Positions 36,661 through 51,040 are shown, numbered from the stretch's first letter. The stretch is DNA of 64,000 nt from Eledone cirrhosa (GCA_964016885.1 OZ024743.1:283464001-283528000); one strand, 5' to 3'. Program-made: numbers and translations. Notes: generated from the sequence alone by a model not told the origin.

Positions 36661-37916
36661 ATTAACCTGGCTAAGACTAAAGTTCTAGTTTGTAAGAAAG
36701 AAAATAAGGCGGCGGTCCCTTCCGGGAAGTGGCCATGCTCAGTGTGTAGGAAAGGCGTAGGTAGAAATTCCATTTTGTGTCCCAAATGCAAAGTATGGGT
36801 GCATAAAAGATGTAGTGGGATCACAGGTAAGCTAACTAAGAACATAGATTTTACATGTGGCCGGTGCTCTGGTGCAATAAGTAGCAGCAAGTGCCCACAA
36901 AATACTAGCTCTTTCAACTGCGCAGAGAGTTCTATAGAAATAGTGGACAGCTTCCGTTACCTGGGTGACAAAATCAGCAATGGGGGAGGGTGCTCTGAAA
37001 GTACAGTAGCTAGAGTCAGAAATGGATGGAAAAAGTTCAGAGAGCTTATACCACTATTAGCCGCTAAAGGGTTCTCCCTAAAAATGAAAGGCAGGTTGTA
37101 TGATGTCTGCATACGAACAGCAATGTTGCATGGCAGTGAGACCTGGGCATTGTGTGCAGAGGATGTACGCAGACTAGAGAGGAACGAAGCTTGCATGCTC
37201 CACTGGATGTGTAATAGTAATATACGTGAACGGCAAAGCATAAACAAGCTAAGGGAAAAATTAGAAATAAGAGGGATCAGATGTTGTTTACTCGAGAGAA
37301 GGCTACGTTGGTATGGTCACGTGATGCGCATGAAAGATGATAGCTGTATAACAAAGTGCAGGGCAATAAAGATAGATGGTAGCCACGGAATAGGCAGACC
37401 CAGAAAAACCTGGGACGAGCTGATAAATTCCGACCTCACACACTTATACCTCTCCAAGACAATGTCACTGGACCGAGACCTTTGGCGGTACTCAGTAATA
37501 GAGAAGACCCGCCTTACCTAAATACAAAGTAAAACCTACTACAGTCAGTAGGCATCTCTAACAAAATACACCCCCGTCCCACCACCCCCACCCCATCCAC
37601 ACCGCCCCTTTCAATGTAAAGTTATGTTGGTGCCACAACATCCAGGCCGAAACAAATGAGATCGTGTAGGTGTCACGACAAAAAAAACACACAGTCCACG
37701 CTGTAATTTGGCCGTGTAGGCAACACGGTAAAAACCTCCCAGCCCCACATTGTAAATGTGGTTGGTGTTAGGAAGGGCATCCAACTGTAGAAAACCCACC
37801 AGATAGTCCTATGTGAGCAAGATAATCACTCTTGCCTCAAGTGGGAAAACCCCCGTCCAAACCCATGCAAGCGTGGAACACGGACGTTAAACGTTGATGA
37901 TGATGATGATGATGAT
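36661..37916 (+). mobile_element. RTE LINE, 5'-truncated young copy
   Basis: Open frame INLAKTK...EKTRLT closely matching the full-length copy; the N-terminal part of ORF 36367 is unrelated flank. Confidence 0.95.
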
Positions 37917-38509
37917 ATATATAATAAGACCCGTGCCACCCTTGCAAGCAGGGAAGAGCAGATGTAAAATGATGATGATGATGATGATGATGATATATAT
38001 ATATATATACTTTCCACACACGCACACATATACGTGCACAATTACACAATTATATACGTCATATACTTTACACACACACACAAATACACATATATATATA
38101 CTTTCTACACACACACACACTCACACTCACACATACACTCCCACCCCCACCCACACACACACACACATTAACTGATCCATAATTCAACAACAATAAAAGA
38201 GAGCTCCAGAAAAATCAATGTTTTTCAAGACTATCAAAGATTGGACAGTTAAGTTATTGAATTGAGAAAAAATACATGTTTCTATATGACAACACAAATG
38301 GCTGATTTGAATTTTAAAACTCTTGAAGAAGAATCCATTGTGTACTTTTGTTTTGTTATGTTTTAAGTTTGTTTTCTGTTTGTATTATCATGGAAAGTCT
38401 TGGTGGCCCCCAATTACCTCTGTGGCATGGCAATAAATATTTTGTCAAAAGAGGACAAAAACAGGGGAAACAGGAGAGAGGGAGAAAGAGATAGATAGAG
38501 ACAGAAAAC

Positions 38510-38790
38510 TGAGGAGAGATAAAGAGTGATAAAGAGATAGAGAGTGATAAAGATATAGAGAGTGATAAAGAGATAGAGAGTGATAAAGAGATAAAGAGTG
38601 ATAAAGAGATAGAGAGGGATATATATATAGAGAGAGAGGGGGGTAGATATGTTATATATATAGAGAGAGAGTGAGAAGTAGATATAGAGAGGGCTAGAGA
38701 TAGCAAGAGATAAAGCAAAAGTGAGAGGGGTAGAGATAGAAAGATAGAAAGAGATAGTGAGCGGGGTAGAGATAGAGAGCTATAAAGAGA
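38510..38790. repeat. (GA/GATA)-rich ~20-bp degenerate tandem repeat
   Basis: gagtgataaagagatagaga units. Confidence 0.85.
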
Positions 38791-40081
38791 TACAGAAGGA
38801 GAGTAGCATTACAAAATGTCTCAGTAAACATTGCTTAATGCAAAGTGCATAAGGTTGCTATCAACAACATTAAGTGCTAATGATAAAACTCAACAGGCCT
38901 TTGTTACTATTGTCAATAACAGCAGATCAGGAGAAAAACCAATAATCAATGAGGGATTTGCAAAAGAAGACTTTGTTGTAAAGTTTCATTTCTGTCCAGT
39001 ATCTATGAAGTAAACAAGAAGAGTTAGATAAACTAATGAAGCAAAAAGTCAAATTGAAACAGCAACATGTCTCAAACACTCTTACTGATTGAACAACAAA
39101 GAAATATCTGCTTCTGCTTCTGTTTCTGTTCCATATTATTTGTCTGTGTGAAACAACTTGATTTCTCATCGTATGGTGGAAAATAAACAACAGAAGTAAC
39201 AACAATAACAGTGAATAGCTTTTTTTACATTAAAATAAAACATCCATATTTCTATGGTCTATATAGCTAAGAGGTCAACTGCGAAGTGATAATATCTTGC
39301 TTACATTGTTCTAATGTGGAAGTTAGTCATGATGTTTACACAGTCATAGACAGAAATCTGTCCTCTTAGAAAGATAGCTAACATTGATCTTGAGTCACTT
39401 TTTTTTAATAAAAGGGTTATAATTAAATATTAATTGGCTCACATGAATCTACCATGAAGCAAAGTAGTAGCACTTTGATAGGAATAGTTAATGCAATAAA
39501 GAAAGAAATATTCAATTAACTCTTACAGATTTTTCATTAGTTCATCCAGATTTTTTATTTTAATTAACACATACAGAGTTTGATTGCAGATTTTTCACAA
39601 TTAACCAAAGCAAACAGAGAGTCTATAGATTAATTATTGATGACATATTACAGCACAGAACACAGTTAAAATAATGATTTCTTTAGATTGGAACAATAAC
39701 AAGCATTTTAAGGCTATTTCTCCCTCCTAAAGCAGGGGTTAGCCATGAAAGACCTCATACTCACCATGGGATCCTTTTTTGAAACAATGTTTTACAGCTA
39801 GATGCCCTACCTAGTGAGAAACTTTTTGATTACTTCTTACAATATACACAGATATGGTGTACCTATTATAAACCATTTATATTGGAAACAGGTCTCAAAT
39901 TTAGAGGTAGGGGTATTTTAAATTAAGACAGCTCAGTCACTTATTTTATTGATCATCAAGGAAGGAAACATAATGCAGACTCAGGAGGATTTAAAGGGAT
40001 ATGACTAAATATTGAAAAGTATTTGAGTTCATTTTTGACATTCTTTTAACTTTGGCTTCATTCTGGTTCGAACCAATAGCC

Positions 40082-40922
40082 CTGTGGACAAGTGTACCAC
40101 CATGCATTTTGGGAGTAAAAAACCCAGCATCCACATACTCCCTCCACAACACTAATATCAAGAAGTCTTCTTGTGAACATAACCTGAGCACTACTGTCAG
40201 CAGCGATTTGCATTGGACGAAGCACGTCTCTAAAATTGTCAAGAAGGCCGAGGGTGTCTTAGCATCACTCAGCAAGACCTTTGTCAGCCGCTCTCCAGCT
40301 ATCTATTTAAAGCTGTATATAGCTATGGTGTGGCCACACTTAGAATTTGCATCACCAGTCTGGAACCCCTATCTTGCTCACAATATTGACCGCCTGGAAA
40401 CTGTTCAGAGACGTGCAACCAAGCAAATACCCTCCATCAAGCATATACCCTACACTGAATGCCTTGCTTCCCTGGGCATGGATACATTGAAGCTCTGACG
40501 TCTGGCAACTGACTTGGTAAACACCCACAAAATTATTAACCATCTTGCCAACAACAACCCTGAGTACCTTTTTGATTTCCATGTGTCTAACACACGTGGG
40601 CATGCCAACAAAGTCAGAAAACACCACATCTCCCATGACTTTCGGAAATATTTCTTCATGCTCAGAATTGCTGAAGCATGGAACAAACTACCTGCATCAG
40701 TTATTAGCTGTCGAGACACTGCATCCTTTAAAACCTCCATGCTTCCTGAGATTTGCCAACACTACACCTAATATTCCCCCTCCATACACACGCACATATG
40801 TATATCATGACTCATACACTGTTCACTTACCTGACATTTATATATTATTCTATGTACTATACATGCACCTTTGATGAGTTGTAGTGCACCTGAGCACTGT
40901 ACACAATAATTTCATTATTATT
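40082..40922 (+). mobile_element. CR1 LINE 3' fragment (same family as 22465)
   Basis: High similarity to ~22940-23781; premature TGA at 40496. Confidence 0.92.
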
Positions 40923-41679
40923 TTATATGCTTGCTGGGCACGCAAGAAGAAGAACATGTTTTTTGCCTGCAGCATATTACATAAACGCAGATTCATCTGA
41001 GGAAATCACTCCCATACCAGCAACAAATGCAAATACTGCATCTTGGATTGCTTAAGGGTCACCCTGGAAATAATTATAATAAATAAAAGCTTTATGTAAT
41101 CACAGCATCTTTCTTAATATTATTCTCATACATGTGTGTGTGAGAGAGAAAGAGAGAGAGAGAGAGTGCAGGATATCTGTAGATGAAAGATCAAAGAAAG
41201 CAATACTCAATCTATTGCAAGAAAGCTTATTTAGTATAAATAGTGTTTCATACACTTAACAAGTATGTGCAGCTATTGGTTTCTGGGTCCAGTCACAAAC
41301 ACCACCATATATTGGAGGAGGCTCTTCCAATCTGGCCCCTTGTCGGGCATGAGGACAAATATTTGTCCTATATATATATACAGGTTAATTTATGTAAACA
41401 TAAAAAATGAGGCTTAGTGCATTGAGTGCATAATTCATTGTTTTACAATTGTTTCAAAGGATGAAATGAAGCATGATAATATCGATATATTGACTAATCA
41501 ATAACAGTTATGTAACTTCATTTTTTAGCCTCATCAAAATGTCCATCTCACTGTTTATCCTCAGAAAATCACTACTAACAGTGTTATAAGTCCTATTTTT
41601 TATTAGGTAAAATATAAGTATATATATATATTTATATGTAATTATCTTTTTCCTATGTAAACGAAACTTCCTCATTTTT

Positions 41680-41716
<37 letters not shown>

Positions 41717-41787
41717 TACAGTATATATATATATATAGAAGATGGTGTAGGGCAGAAGAAATGAGAGACACACAAATTAACAAATTA

Positions 41788-41955
41788 GTCACTGAGGAGG
41801 TCACAGTATGTGTGGCAAAAGAGCTTTGACAATAAACAAATAAACAACCATCCAGTTATTAAATTAACCAATTGGAAGTTTATAATAAATTGAAGTGAAA
41901 ACCAACAGGTGCATGTATTTTTATTGGTAGCATGACCTTCTCAAAGTATAACAAT
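41788..41955 (+). mobile_element. PLE pLTR remnant with decayed hammerhead
   Basis: GTCA-CTGAGGA-GGTCACA gta TGTGTGGC-AAAA-GAGC-TT-TGAC (G12A); terminus atgaccttctcaaagtataacaa(TA)n resembles ~50865-50887. Confidence 0.6.
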
Positions 41956-43833
41956 ATATATACATATATATACATATATATACATATATATATAATCATC
42001 ATCATCATTAACATTATTAACATCATCATCGTCGCCATCATCATCATTAACATCATTAACATCATCATCGTCGTCGTCATCATCATTAACATCATCGCCG
42101 TCATCATCATCATCACCATCATTATCTTCATTTCATCATCATCATCATCATTATCATCTCTTTGGAGAATGTATTGGATGTATTTGAGAGCACTTTATTG
42201 TGGTACCAGCACTACCACTTTACTGAGTCTACTGGGTGCTTTTTATAGTATACAGTATACATATATATGTGGGGGTGAGTGTGGGGGGTGTAAACAAGAT
42301 TTGGTTGACTTATGAGTCATTGAGAAATTTGAAATTTGAAAATACAGCTGCTACAATGCAGATAACTATAATAATACTTGATGACTATAGATAATAATTG
42401 AATAAATCGGATAAAGTACCCCTGGAGATGAAACAAGAGGAGAGAGACACCTATAGGGAAGCAAACCACATATCCCTCTTACATGTTTCAATGCATGGTT
42501 CAATTCCTAACAGACATCTCTGTCTACTTTTTCTGTCTCCAGAGTCTGAGTAGACAGAAACTGTTGGAAGCCCATCAGATGAATTGTATATGTAATTCAA
42601 AGGACCAACCTTGTCACACCCTGTATCATGCTGAATCTCCTTCAGGAATACATTAAGGTCTCATGTGTCTCTAAAATATTCAGCCACTCACTTGTTAATT
42701 TCAACCAGAACATTGATTACTAAAAGTGCCAGAGGTCTATTTTATATTGCTGTTTATCTTTATGTTATACATTATATCTAACTTGGAGCTAACCAGCAGC
42801 AACGATAACAACAAGTCAAAAAGCCTCTATGTAGCATTGACTTGCTAGAAATAGTAGCCTTCAAATCACACCGCAACTACCACTGCTCTAGAAAAAGAAA
42901 GACACATTAGATAATGTAGACCTAGATATATGGCTGGACTGGCAATATAGGCATTTGAGCAATGGTCGGTGAACTAGTGGGCTGAGGTAGAAAAAGAAAT
43001 GCTGAATAAATATCACAAAAAAAACTGAAGTCATAGCCACTGCACAAAGAATAAAATGAAAAAGGAGCATGCTTTGGCTAAGCAATGAAAACACACCTCA
43101 AGTCCCCAGCAGTCTGGTAGTCAGTGTTGTCTGGATGCTTGGATGCCTGGGCCAGTTTTAAGACCCAGTCTACTTACATATACAAAGATATGAGCAAAAA
43201 ACAAAATTTGTTTTCGCTCTAGTATATGGATACCTAATGAGTGAATAACAATAATATTATAATAATATTATTATTAATATTCGGTTTGTTTGCAAGCACA
43301 CCCTCATTAACCCCATGTGTGTTTTCTAGATGACCACATCATGCTTTTGTTCCAACGGTAGCTGAGAGAAAACAATCGACAATTGTTTCAGAGTTGTTGC
43401 TCCTTATCGAGAATGTGTTTTTCTATGAGACTGTATACTTATATACAGATGAATAGAAAAAGACAGGATGATCACAGTTTGAATGTGTTAGATCACAGGT
43501 CTGCTTGATCAAAACTAATCTGGGGTTAAACAACAACATCAAGAGTTCAGTATGAAGCAGCAACAGAGCCTCTTTAAAAAAATTCAGAATTATTCTCCAA
43601 ACATTAGTGGAAGATAATAAATAACAAGTTGGAATATCAAAGCATAAATCACAAAAGAAATTGTACAATAATTTGGCTGTATGCCAACTAGGCCACTGAG
43701 TGGAGAATGACAATTACAGTTAAGAGCTAGTATTGAACTAGTATCAATTACTCCCTCACCCACACATATATATACAGCATCATTTGACGCCCGCTTTCCA
43801 TGCTAGGTATAAGTGTGTGTGTATGTGTGTGTA

Positions 43834-44036
43834 CAGGGTGTCCCAAAAAATGTATACACACTTTGATTACCTGTACAGGCAATATTTATTAGACTGCACA
43901 GCCTTTCCCAAAAATAAAATTATCTTCAGACATAATTCAATTGTATGTAAACACTCAAAAATGTTTACATAATTTAAATAATGCATATAAAACAGAATTC
44001 ATTTTAATGCATTTTTTTTGCCATTGAAGTGTGTAT
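43834..44036. mobile_element. Tc1/mariner-like MITE, right TIR truncated
   Basis: ta|cagggtgtcccaaaaaatgtatacacactt ... aagtgtgtata then (TA)n. Confidence 0.6.
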
Positions 44037-44331
44037 ATATATATATAACCTCATTTAATATTTAATTACTGTAAATTATAAAATAACCCATAATTTTATT
44101 TTATCTTAAATTATGGAAGACATTTTCAGAGTTGATTGCTGAAGATAGTAGCAAGTTCTTAGACTATTCAACTAAAACTCAGGAAAAAAAAAACCACTTT
44201 TATTTGCTTTATAAGAACCAACAGAAAATCAGAAAACCAAATTATAATAATATGACATCATGATAATGTGTTTAATTCTGGATATATATGTGTGTGTGTG
44301 TGTCTGTATATATATATATATATATATATAT

Positions 44332-44388
<57 letters not shown>

Positions 44389-44440
44389 TATATACATATA
44401 TATATACATATATATATTGTATATATATATATATATATAT

Positions 44441-46257
44441 CATCATCATCATCATCATCATCAACGTTTAACGTCCGTGTTCCACGCTTGCATGGGTTTG
44501 GACGGGGGTTTTCCCACTTGAGGCAAGAGTGATTATCTTGCTCGCATAGGACTATCTGGCGGGTTTTCTACAGCTGGATGCCCTTCCTAACACTAACCAC
44601 ATTTACAGTGTGGGGCTGGGAGGTTTTTACCGTGTTGCCTATACGGCCACATTACAGCGTGAACTGTGTGTTTTTTGACGTGACACCTACACGATCTCAT
44701 TTGTTTCGGCCTGGATGTTGTGGCACCAACATAACTTTACATTGAAAGGGGCGGTGTGGATGGGGTGGGGGTGGTGGGACGGGGGTGTATTTTGTTAGAG
44801 ATGCCTACTGACTGTAGGTTTTACTTTGTATTTAGGTAAGGCGGGTCTTCTCTATTACTGAGTACCGCCAAAGGTCTCGGTCCAGTGACATTGTCTTGGT
44901 GAGGTGTAAGTGTGTGAGGTCGGAATTTATCAGCTCATCCCAGGTTTTTCTAGGTCCGCCTATTCCGTGACTACCGTCTATCTTTATTGCCCTGCACTTT
45001 GTTATACAGCTATCGTCCTTCATGCGCATCACGTGACCATACCAACGTAGCCTTCTCTCGAGTAAACAACATCTGATCCCTCTTATTTCTAATTTTTTCC
45101 TTAGTTCGTTTATGCTTTGCCGTTCACGTATTACACATCCAGCGGAGCATGCAAGCTTCGTTTCTCTCTAGTCTGCGTATATCCTCTGCACACAATGCCC
45201 AGGTCTCACTGCCATGCAACATTGCTGTTGGTATGCAGGCATCGTACAACCTGCCTTTCATTTTTAGGGAGAACCCTTTAGCGGCTAATAGTGGTATAAG
45301 CTCTCTGAACTTTTTCCATCCAGTTCTGACTCTAGCTACTGTACTTTCAGAGCACCCTCCCCCACTGCTGATTTTGTCACCCAGGTAACGGAAGCTGTCC
45401 ACTATTTCTATAGAACTCTCTGCGCAGTTGAAAGAGCTAGTATTTTGTGTGCACTTGCTGCTACTTATTGCACCAGAGCACCAGCCACATGTAAAATTTA
45501 TGTTCTTAGTTAGCTTACCTGTGATCCCACTACATCTTTTATGCACCCATACTTTGCATTTGGGACACAAAATGGAGTTTCTACCTACGCCTTTCCTACA
45601 CACTGAGCATGGCCACTTCCTGGAAGGGACCGCCACCTTATTTTCTTTCTTACAAACTAGAACTTTAGTCTTAGCCAGGTTAATTTTAAGGCCTTTCGAT
45701 TCTAGGCCGTGCTTCCATGTTTGGAATTTCTTCTCTAGCTCGGCCATTGATTCAGCTATGAGTGTTAGGTCATCTGCGTATAGGAGTTCCCATGGGCAAC
45801 CGGTCTTGAACTCCTCTGTTATAGCCTGAAGGGCAATAATAAATAGTAGGGGGCTGAGAACAGAGCCCTGATGGACGCCAACTTTTACGCTAAACTCTTC
45901 ACTATATTCGTTGTTAATTCTAACCTTGCTGACTGTTTCTTTATACATGGCTTGTATAGCTCTCACAAGCCATTCGTCAACACCTAGTTTTCTAAGAGCC
46001 CACCAGATAATGGAACGGGGGACTCTGTCGAAGGCTTTCTCCAAGTCGACAAAAGCTAAGTATAAGGGTTTACTTTTAGCTAGGTACTTCTCCTGTAGTT
46101 GTTGTACAATGAAAAGAGCGTCTGTGGTACTTTTGCCTGACACAAACCCGAACTGCATTTCATCTAGATCAATTCTCTCTCTGATTAGTTGCGCTATTAC
46201 TTTTTCCGTAACTTTCATGATCTGGTCGATTAATTTAATGCCTCTATAGTTACTCCT

Positions 46258-46260
<3 letters not shown>
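44441..46260 (-). mobile_element. RTE LINE, 5'-truncated young copy
   Basis: 364-aa RT/PHD ORF nearly identical to the full-length copy; small frameshifting deletion near 45125; (GAT)n tail. Confidence 0.95.
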
Positions 46261-46321
<61 letters not shown>

Positions 46322-46341
46322 GTATATATATATATTGTATA

Positions 46342-47514
46342 TCATCATCATCATCAACGTTTTACGTCCGTTCTTCTACGCTAGCATGGGTTAAACGGGT
46401 TGTCCTGTTGTGGGCAGTGTCCAGTCGGCTGACCTTGTCTTGCTCATACGGGAACTGATTCTGGCTTGTTTTCTACAGCTGGATGACCTTCTTAACACCA
46501 ACCTCATTTACAGTGAGTGCTGGGTGCTTTTTTGCCATGGCACCTCCACGACCACTTTGCAGTGGGAGGGTGTGGGGGCATATTGTCTATATGCTTCAGC
46601 TTCAGCTTGTACCCATGGGGAGGGGTCAGCTATTCTGTATTACTGCGTGATGCCAGAGGTCACGGTCATGTGTCATCACCTTTGAGAGGTGTAATTGGGT
46701 AAGGTCGGCTTTTATCACCTCATCCCAGGTCTTCTTGGGTCTCCCCACTCCGCGGTTTCCATCGACTTCTAGTGCTCTGCACCTTTTTATGCAGCTGTCA
46801 TCCTTCATACGCATTACATGTCCATACCAACGCAACCGCCTCTCCTGCACACAGCATTTGATTCCTCTTATGCTCAGTCTCTCTCTCAATTCATTTATGC
46901 TTTGCCGTTCGCATATATTACTATTATACATCCATCGGAGCATGCAGGCTTCGTTTCTTTCTAATCTACACAAGTCTTCTACAGACAACGTCCAGGTCTC
47001 ACTACCATGTAACATTGTTGTTCGTATACACGCATGATTCAGTCTGTCTTTCATTTTGAGGGAAAAGCCTTTTGCAGCTAGCAGTGGCAGTAGCTCCCTG
47101 AACTTCTTCCATCCCATTCTTACCCTAGTTATTGTACTTTCCGAACACCCACCTCCGCTGCTAATTCGGTCACCTAGGTAGCAGAAGCTGTCTACTGTTT
47201 CTACAGAGCCCTCCCAGAGATTGGTAGTACTTGTTTCCTGTGGCTGTTTGCTGCTTGCTGTCCCAGCACAGCTGCTGCATGTGAAGCCTACATTCTTAGT
47301 TAAGCTTTCTGAGATCCCGCTACATCTCTTGTGTACCCATTGTTTGCATTTGGGGTAGAGAATGGAGTTCCTACCTACACCTTTCCTACATACTGAGCAA
47401 GGTCATTTCCCTGAGGGGATCTGGGTTCTGTTTTCTCGTCTACTTACAAGGACCTTAGTCTTTGTCAGGTTGACTTTGAGACCCTTTCTTTCTAGACCCT
47501 GCTTCCAAGTTTGT
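46342..47514 (-). mobile_element. RTE LINE, diverged subfamily, 5'-truncated
   Basis: GWKKFRELLPLL...HGSETW...RWYGHV...GRPKKTW; PHD remnant; different 3' UTR. Confidence 0.9.
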
Positions 47515-47670
47515 AAACATGGTTGGTGTTAGGAAGGGCATCCAGCCGTAGAAAACCCGCCAGACAGTCCTATACGAGCAGGACAACCACTCTTGCCTCA
47601 AGTGGGAAAACTTCCGTCCAAACCCATGCAAGCGTGGAAGATGGACGTTAAACGATGATGATGATGATGA
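47515..47670 (+). mobile_element. RTE 3' end stub
   Basis: ggttggtgttaggaagggcatccag...ccatgcaagcgtgg...(GAT)n. Confidence 0.85.
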
Positions 47671-47685
47671 TATATATATGTATTG

Positions 47686-47719
<34 letters not shown>

Positions 47720-47720
47720 C

Positions 47721-47793
<73 letters not shown>

Positions 47794-47920
47794 CATATGT
47801 GTATATATATATATATATATATATTGTATATATTGTATATATATATACACACACACACATATATATATATTATATATATTGTGTATATATGCATATATGT
47901 ATATTGTTTATATATATATG

Positions 47921-47956
<36 letters not shown>

Positions 47957-48604
47957 CTCTATTCAGCTAACCATAATTATTCACTTCTAACATGTCAAGT
48001 AATACTTTACTTCAACTTAACATCTCTGGTAAGCAGAAAGAAATATCAGCCACTACAAAACAAGGATTTTCAAAAAGATCAATAATTGAATGAATAAAAC
48101 TCCTCCGATGTCTAAGAGAGAAAGAGAGAACCTTTAGCAACTATCAATACCTTCCAAAACGAGGCTAGCCAGCTGATTAACCAACCCATTTTGCCTTCCA
48201 CTAACTCACCTTTGATCTAATACTAGATAGACAGTCTCTTCCTTGTTCTTGTTGCTCCTCTTCAATAACCACCACAACAACCAACACAACCACTATCACC
48301 ACCATTGCTCAAAGTCTCTACCTCCACCACCAACTTAGCAGTAGAGGAACTCTCATTCTTTGTTATAATACCTATACCTTTCCCTCTTTCTTTCTCTCTC
48401 TCTCCTTTCTTTTTATATATTGTTAATCATATGAAGCCAACTATGATTTATATAGTGTCACCCTCAGCTTCCCTTTCCCTTCAATATCTCACTTGAATGT
48501 TTCCTTTTTTAAATTTACAAAATTACAAGGTTTCCTATATTCTGACAGAACCTACCTACCTACCTACCTACCTACCTACCTACCTACCTACCTACCTACC
48601 TACA

Positions 48605-48635
<31 letters not shown>

Positions 48636-48724
48636 TTACATACATACATATATATACATACATAAAATAATTTAACCAAAAGTACGTACACACACACACA
48701 CACACGCATTTATATAGATAGATG

Positions 48725-48773
48725 ATGTCTACAGGACTAGAACTGTTTCATTCATATGAAATCATCAGGACAT
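48725..48773 (-). ncRNA. Type I hammerhead ribozyme
   Basis: ATGTC-CTGATGA-T TTC atat GAA T-GAA-ACAG ttctagtc CTGT-A-GACAT; an inverted decayed twin (CTGGTGA) lies at 48773-48817 on +. Confidence 0.7.
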
Positions 48774-48837
48774 TCCTGGTGATTCCTATTGAATGAAACA
48801 GTTCTAGTCCTGTAGAAGTCATTTGTACATATATAAT

Positions 48838-49132
48838 AATTGTTTCTATTTTAGGCACAAGGCCAGCAAATAACCAGTATATTACTAGTACTTTATTTTA
48901 TCGACCCCGTAAGGATGAAAGGCAAAGTTAACCTTTGCTGGATTTGAACTCAGATCATAAAGGGACGTAACTCTATGCTTCAACACATGGTGTCTGACTC
49001 TCTACCGATACTGCCAATCCACATATAATAATTGTTTCTACTATTGGCACAAGGCCAGCAAATACCCAGTACATTACTGGTACTTTATTTTATCGACCCC
49101 CGTAAGGATGAAAGGCAAAGTTAACTTCGGCA
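48838..49132 (-). mobile_element. Two family A SINEs (one partial) interrupting a PLE pLTR
   Basis: SINE bodies; the pLTR resumes near 49155 with atgtattgagtacc...gtccac. Confidence 0.8.
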
Positions 49133-49228
49133 GTTAATCCACATATAATAATGATGCCTCTACTCTATCAATGTATTGAGTACCTTTATAATTGTAGTCC
49201 ACCCCCTCAACACAACTCTGGAATCTAC

Positions 49229-49283
<55 letters not shown>

Positions 49284-49359
49284 AGTAATCCTATTTTTTT
49301 CCTTTTTGCTAAAGTGAAATAAAGATATAAATTCAACCAGAATTAAATATATATATATA

Positions 49360-49615
49360 TCATCATCATCATCATCATTTCATTTTACGTTCGCTTTTTC
49401 CCTGCTTGCAAGGGTGGGACGGGAACTGATTCTGGCTTGATTTCTACAGCTGGATGCCCTTCCTAACACCAACCTCATTTACAGTGAGTGCTGGGTGCTT
49501 TTTTGCCGTGGCACCTCCACGACCACTTTGCAGTGGAATGATAGGGACCCCAGTCCATATCATCTCATTTCTACAGCTGAGTAAACTGGAGCAATGTGAA
49601 ATAAAGTGTCTTGCT
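49360..49615 (-). mobile_element. SINE family B, 5'-truncated
   Basis: Antisense match to 26185-26346 plus 30271-30367. Confidence 0.85.
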
Positions 49616-49617
49616 AT

Positions 49618-49648
<31 letters not shown>

Positions 49649-49653
<5 letters not shown>

Positions 49654-50887
49654 ATACTTGGGGAGGGTCATATTTGTGTAATATTGCCAGAATTAATAAC
49701 AGAACACACTCACTGTTTGGTTGGTTTTCGCTTTTCGCTTCTGTGTCTTTTATATCGGTAATCTAATTTATTCGCTCCTCAATGTTGCCATTGACTGACC
49801 AACGGTCAAAAATAATACAGATACAATATAGACACAAACACATATATATAGTTTATCAAAATTCTTTCATTGCACATCTGCAACATCGTCAGTGGTGCTA
49901 TTGTTTCCTCCCGTTACATTGTATTTTCTACGCCATCTTTATTTAGTCTGTTTATATATTTATTTATTTGTTTATTTTATTTTGTCTTCTTTGCGCATGC
50001 ATTTGCGTGTGTGTATAGTGTTTTGTTTGATAAACTGTAAAACTAGAAACGTAGTCTATAGCATAAGATGTACAGAGGGTACTTGCAGAAACATGACAAC
50101 AATATACATAGGCGAGACAGCTCGTAGCATAGGTGAAAGGATAGACCAACACTGGGAGGAACTAAAAGGACGAAAAAACGGGTCAGTACTATATGAACAT
50201 GCCAGACAACAACACGACGGTAACATAGACAACATAGAAATTAGAATAATATCTAAACATAGAAATGACCCAGCAGGTAGGCAAATCAGAGAGGCCAGTG
50301 AAATAGAACTTAGAAGGCCAAGGCTAAACAGAAAGAATGAATGAAATAACAACACCCAAACAAATAACACTGACCTAAGAGAAGTATAAATAAATAAATA
50401 AACAGATAAATAAATAAATACATACACAAGCACAATAACAACAAACACATATAAACACACACTAGTAAAGATAGAATACATTAACCAATACACAGTCACC
50501 CAATCACGAACACACATCAAACAAAACACTATACACACACGCAAACGCATGCGCAAAGAAGACAAAATAAAATAAACAAATAAATAAATATATAAACAGA
50601 CTAAATAAAGATGGCGTAGAAAATACAATGTAACGGGAGGAAACAGTAGCACCACTGACGATGTTGCAGATGTGCAACGAAAGAATTTTGATAAACTATA
50701 TATATGTGTTTGTATCTGTATTATTTTTGACCGTTGGTCAGTCAATGGCAACATTGAGGACCGAGTATATTAGATTACCGATATAAAAGACACAGAAGCA
50801 AAAAGCGAAAACCAACCAAACAGTGAGTGTGTTCTGTTATTAATTCTGGCAATATTACACAAATATGACCCTCCCCAAGTATAGCAA
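49649..50887 (+). mobile_element. 5'-truncated Penelope-like element: GIY-YIG domain between inverted pLTRs
   Basis: Arms 49649-50031 and 50516-50887; 50032-50344 encodes CKTRNVVYSIRC..IYIGETARSIGERIDQH..RQIREASEI..LNRKNE; HHR-like motif in each arm (49855-49896, 50651-50692). Confidence 0.85.
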
Positions 50888-50928
50888 TATTTGTTTCGAC
50901 ACACGATTTCATATAAAAAACCTCGCAA

Positions 50929-50932
<4 letters not shown>

Positions 50933-50970
<38 letters not shown>

Positions 50971-51006
50971 AATATATAAGAACCGTTAAGGGTGAAAGCA
51001 GCGATT

Positions 51007-51040
<34 letters not shown>

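Noticed and set aside
38831-39205. Coding-looking unique segment
   Set aside because: Short frames with stops and no recognisable motif; may be an old transposase relic but unsupported
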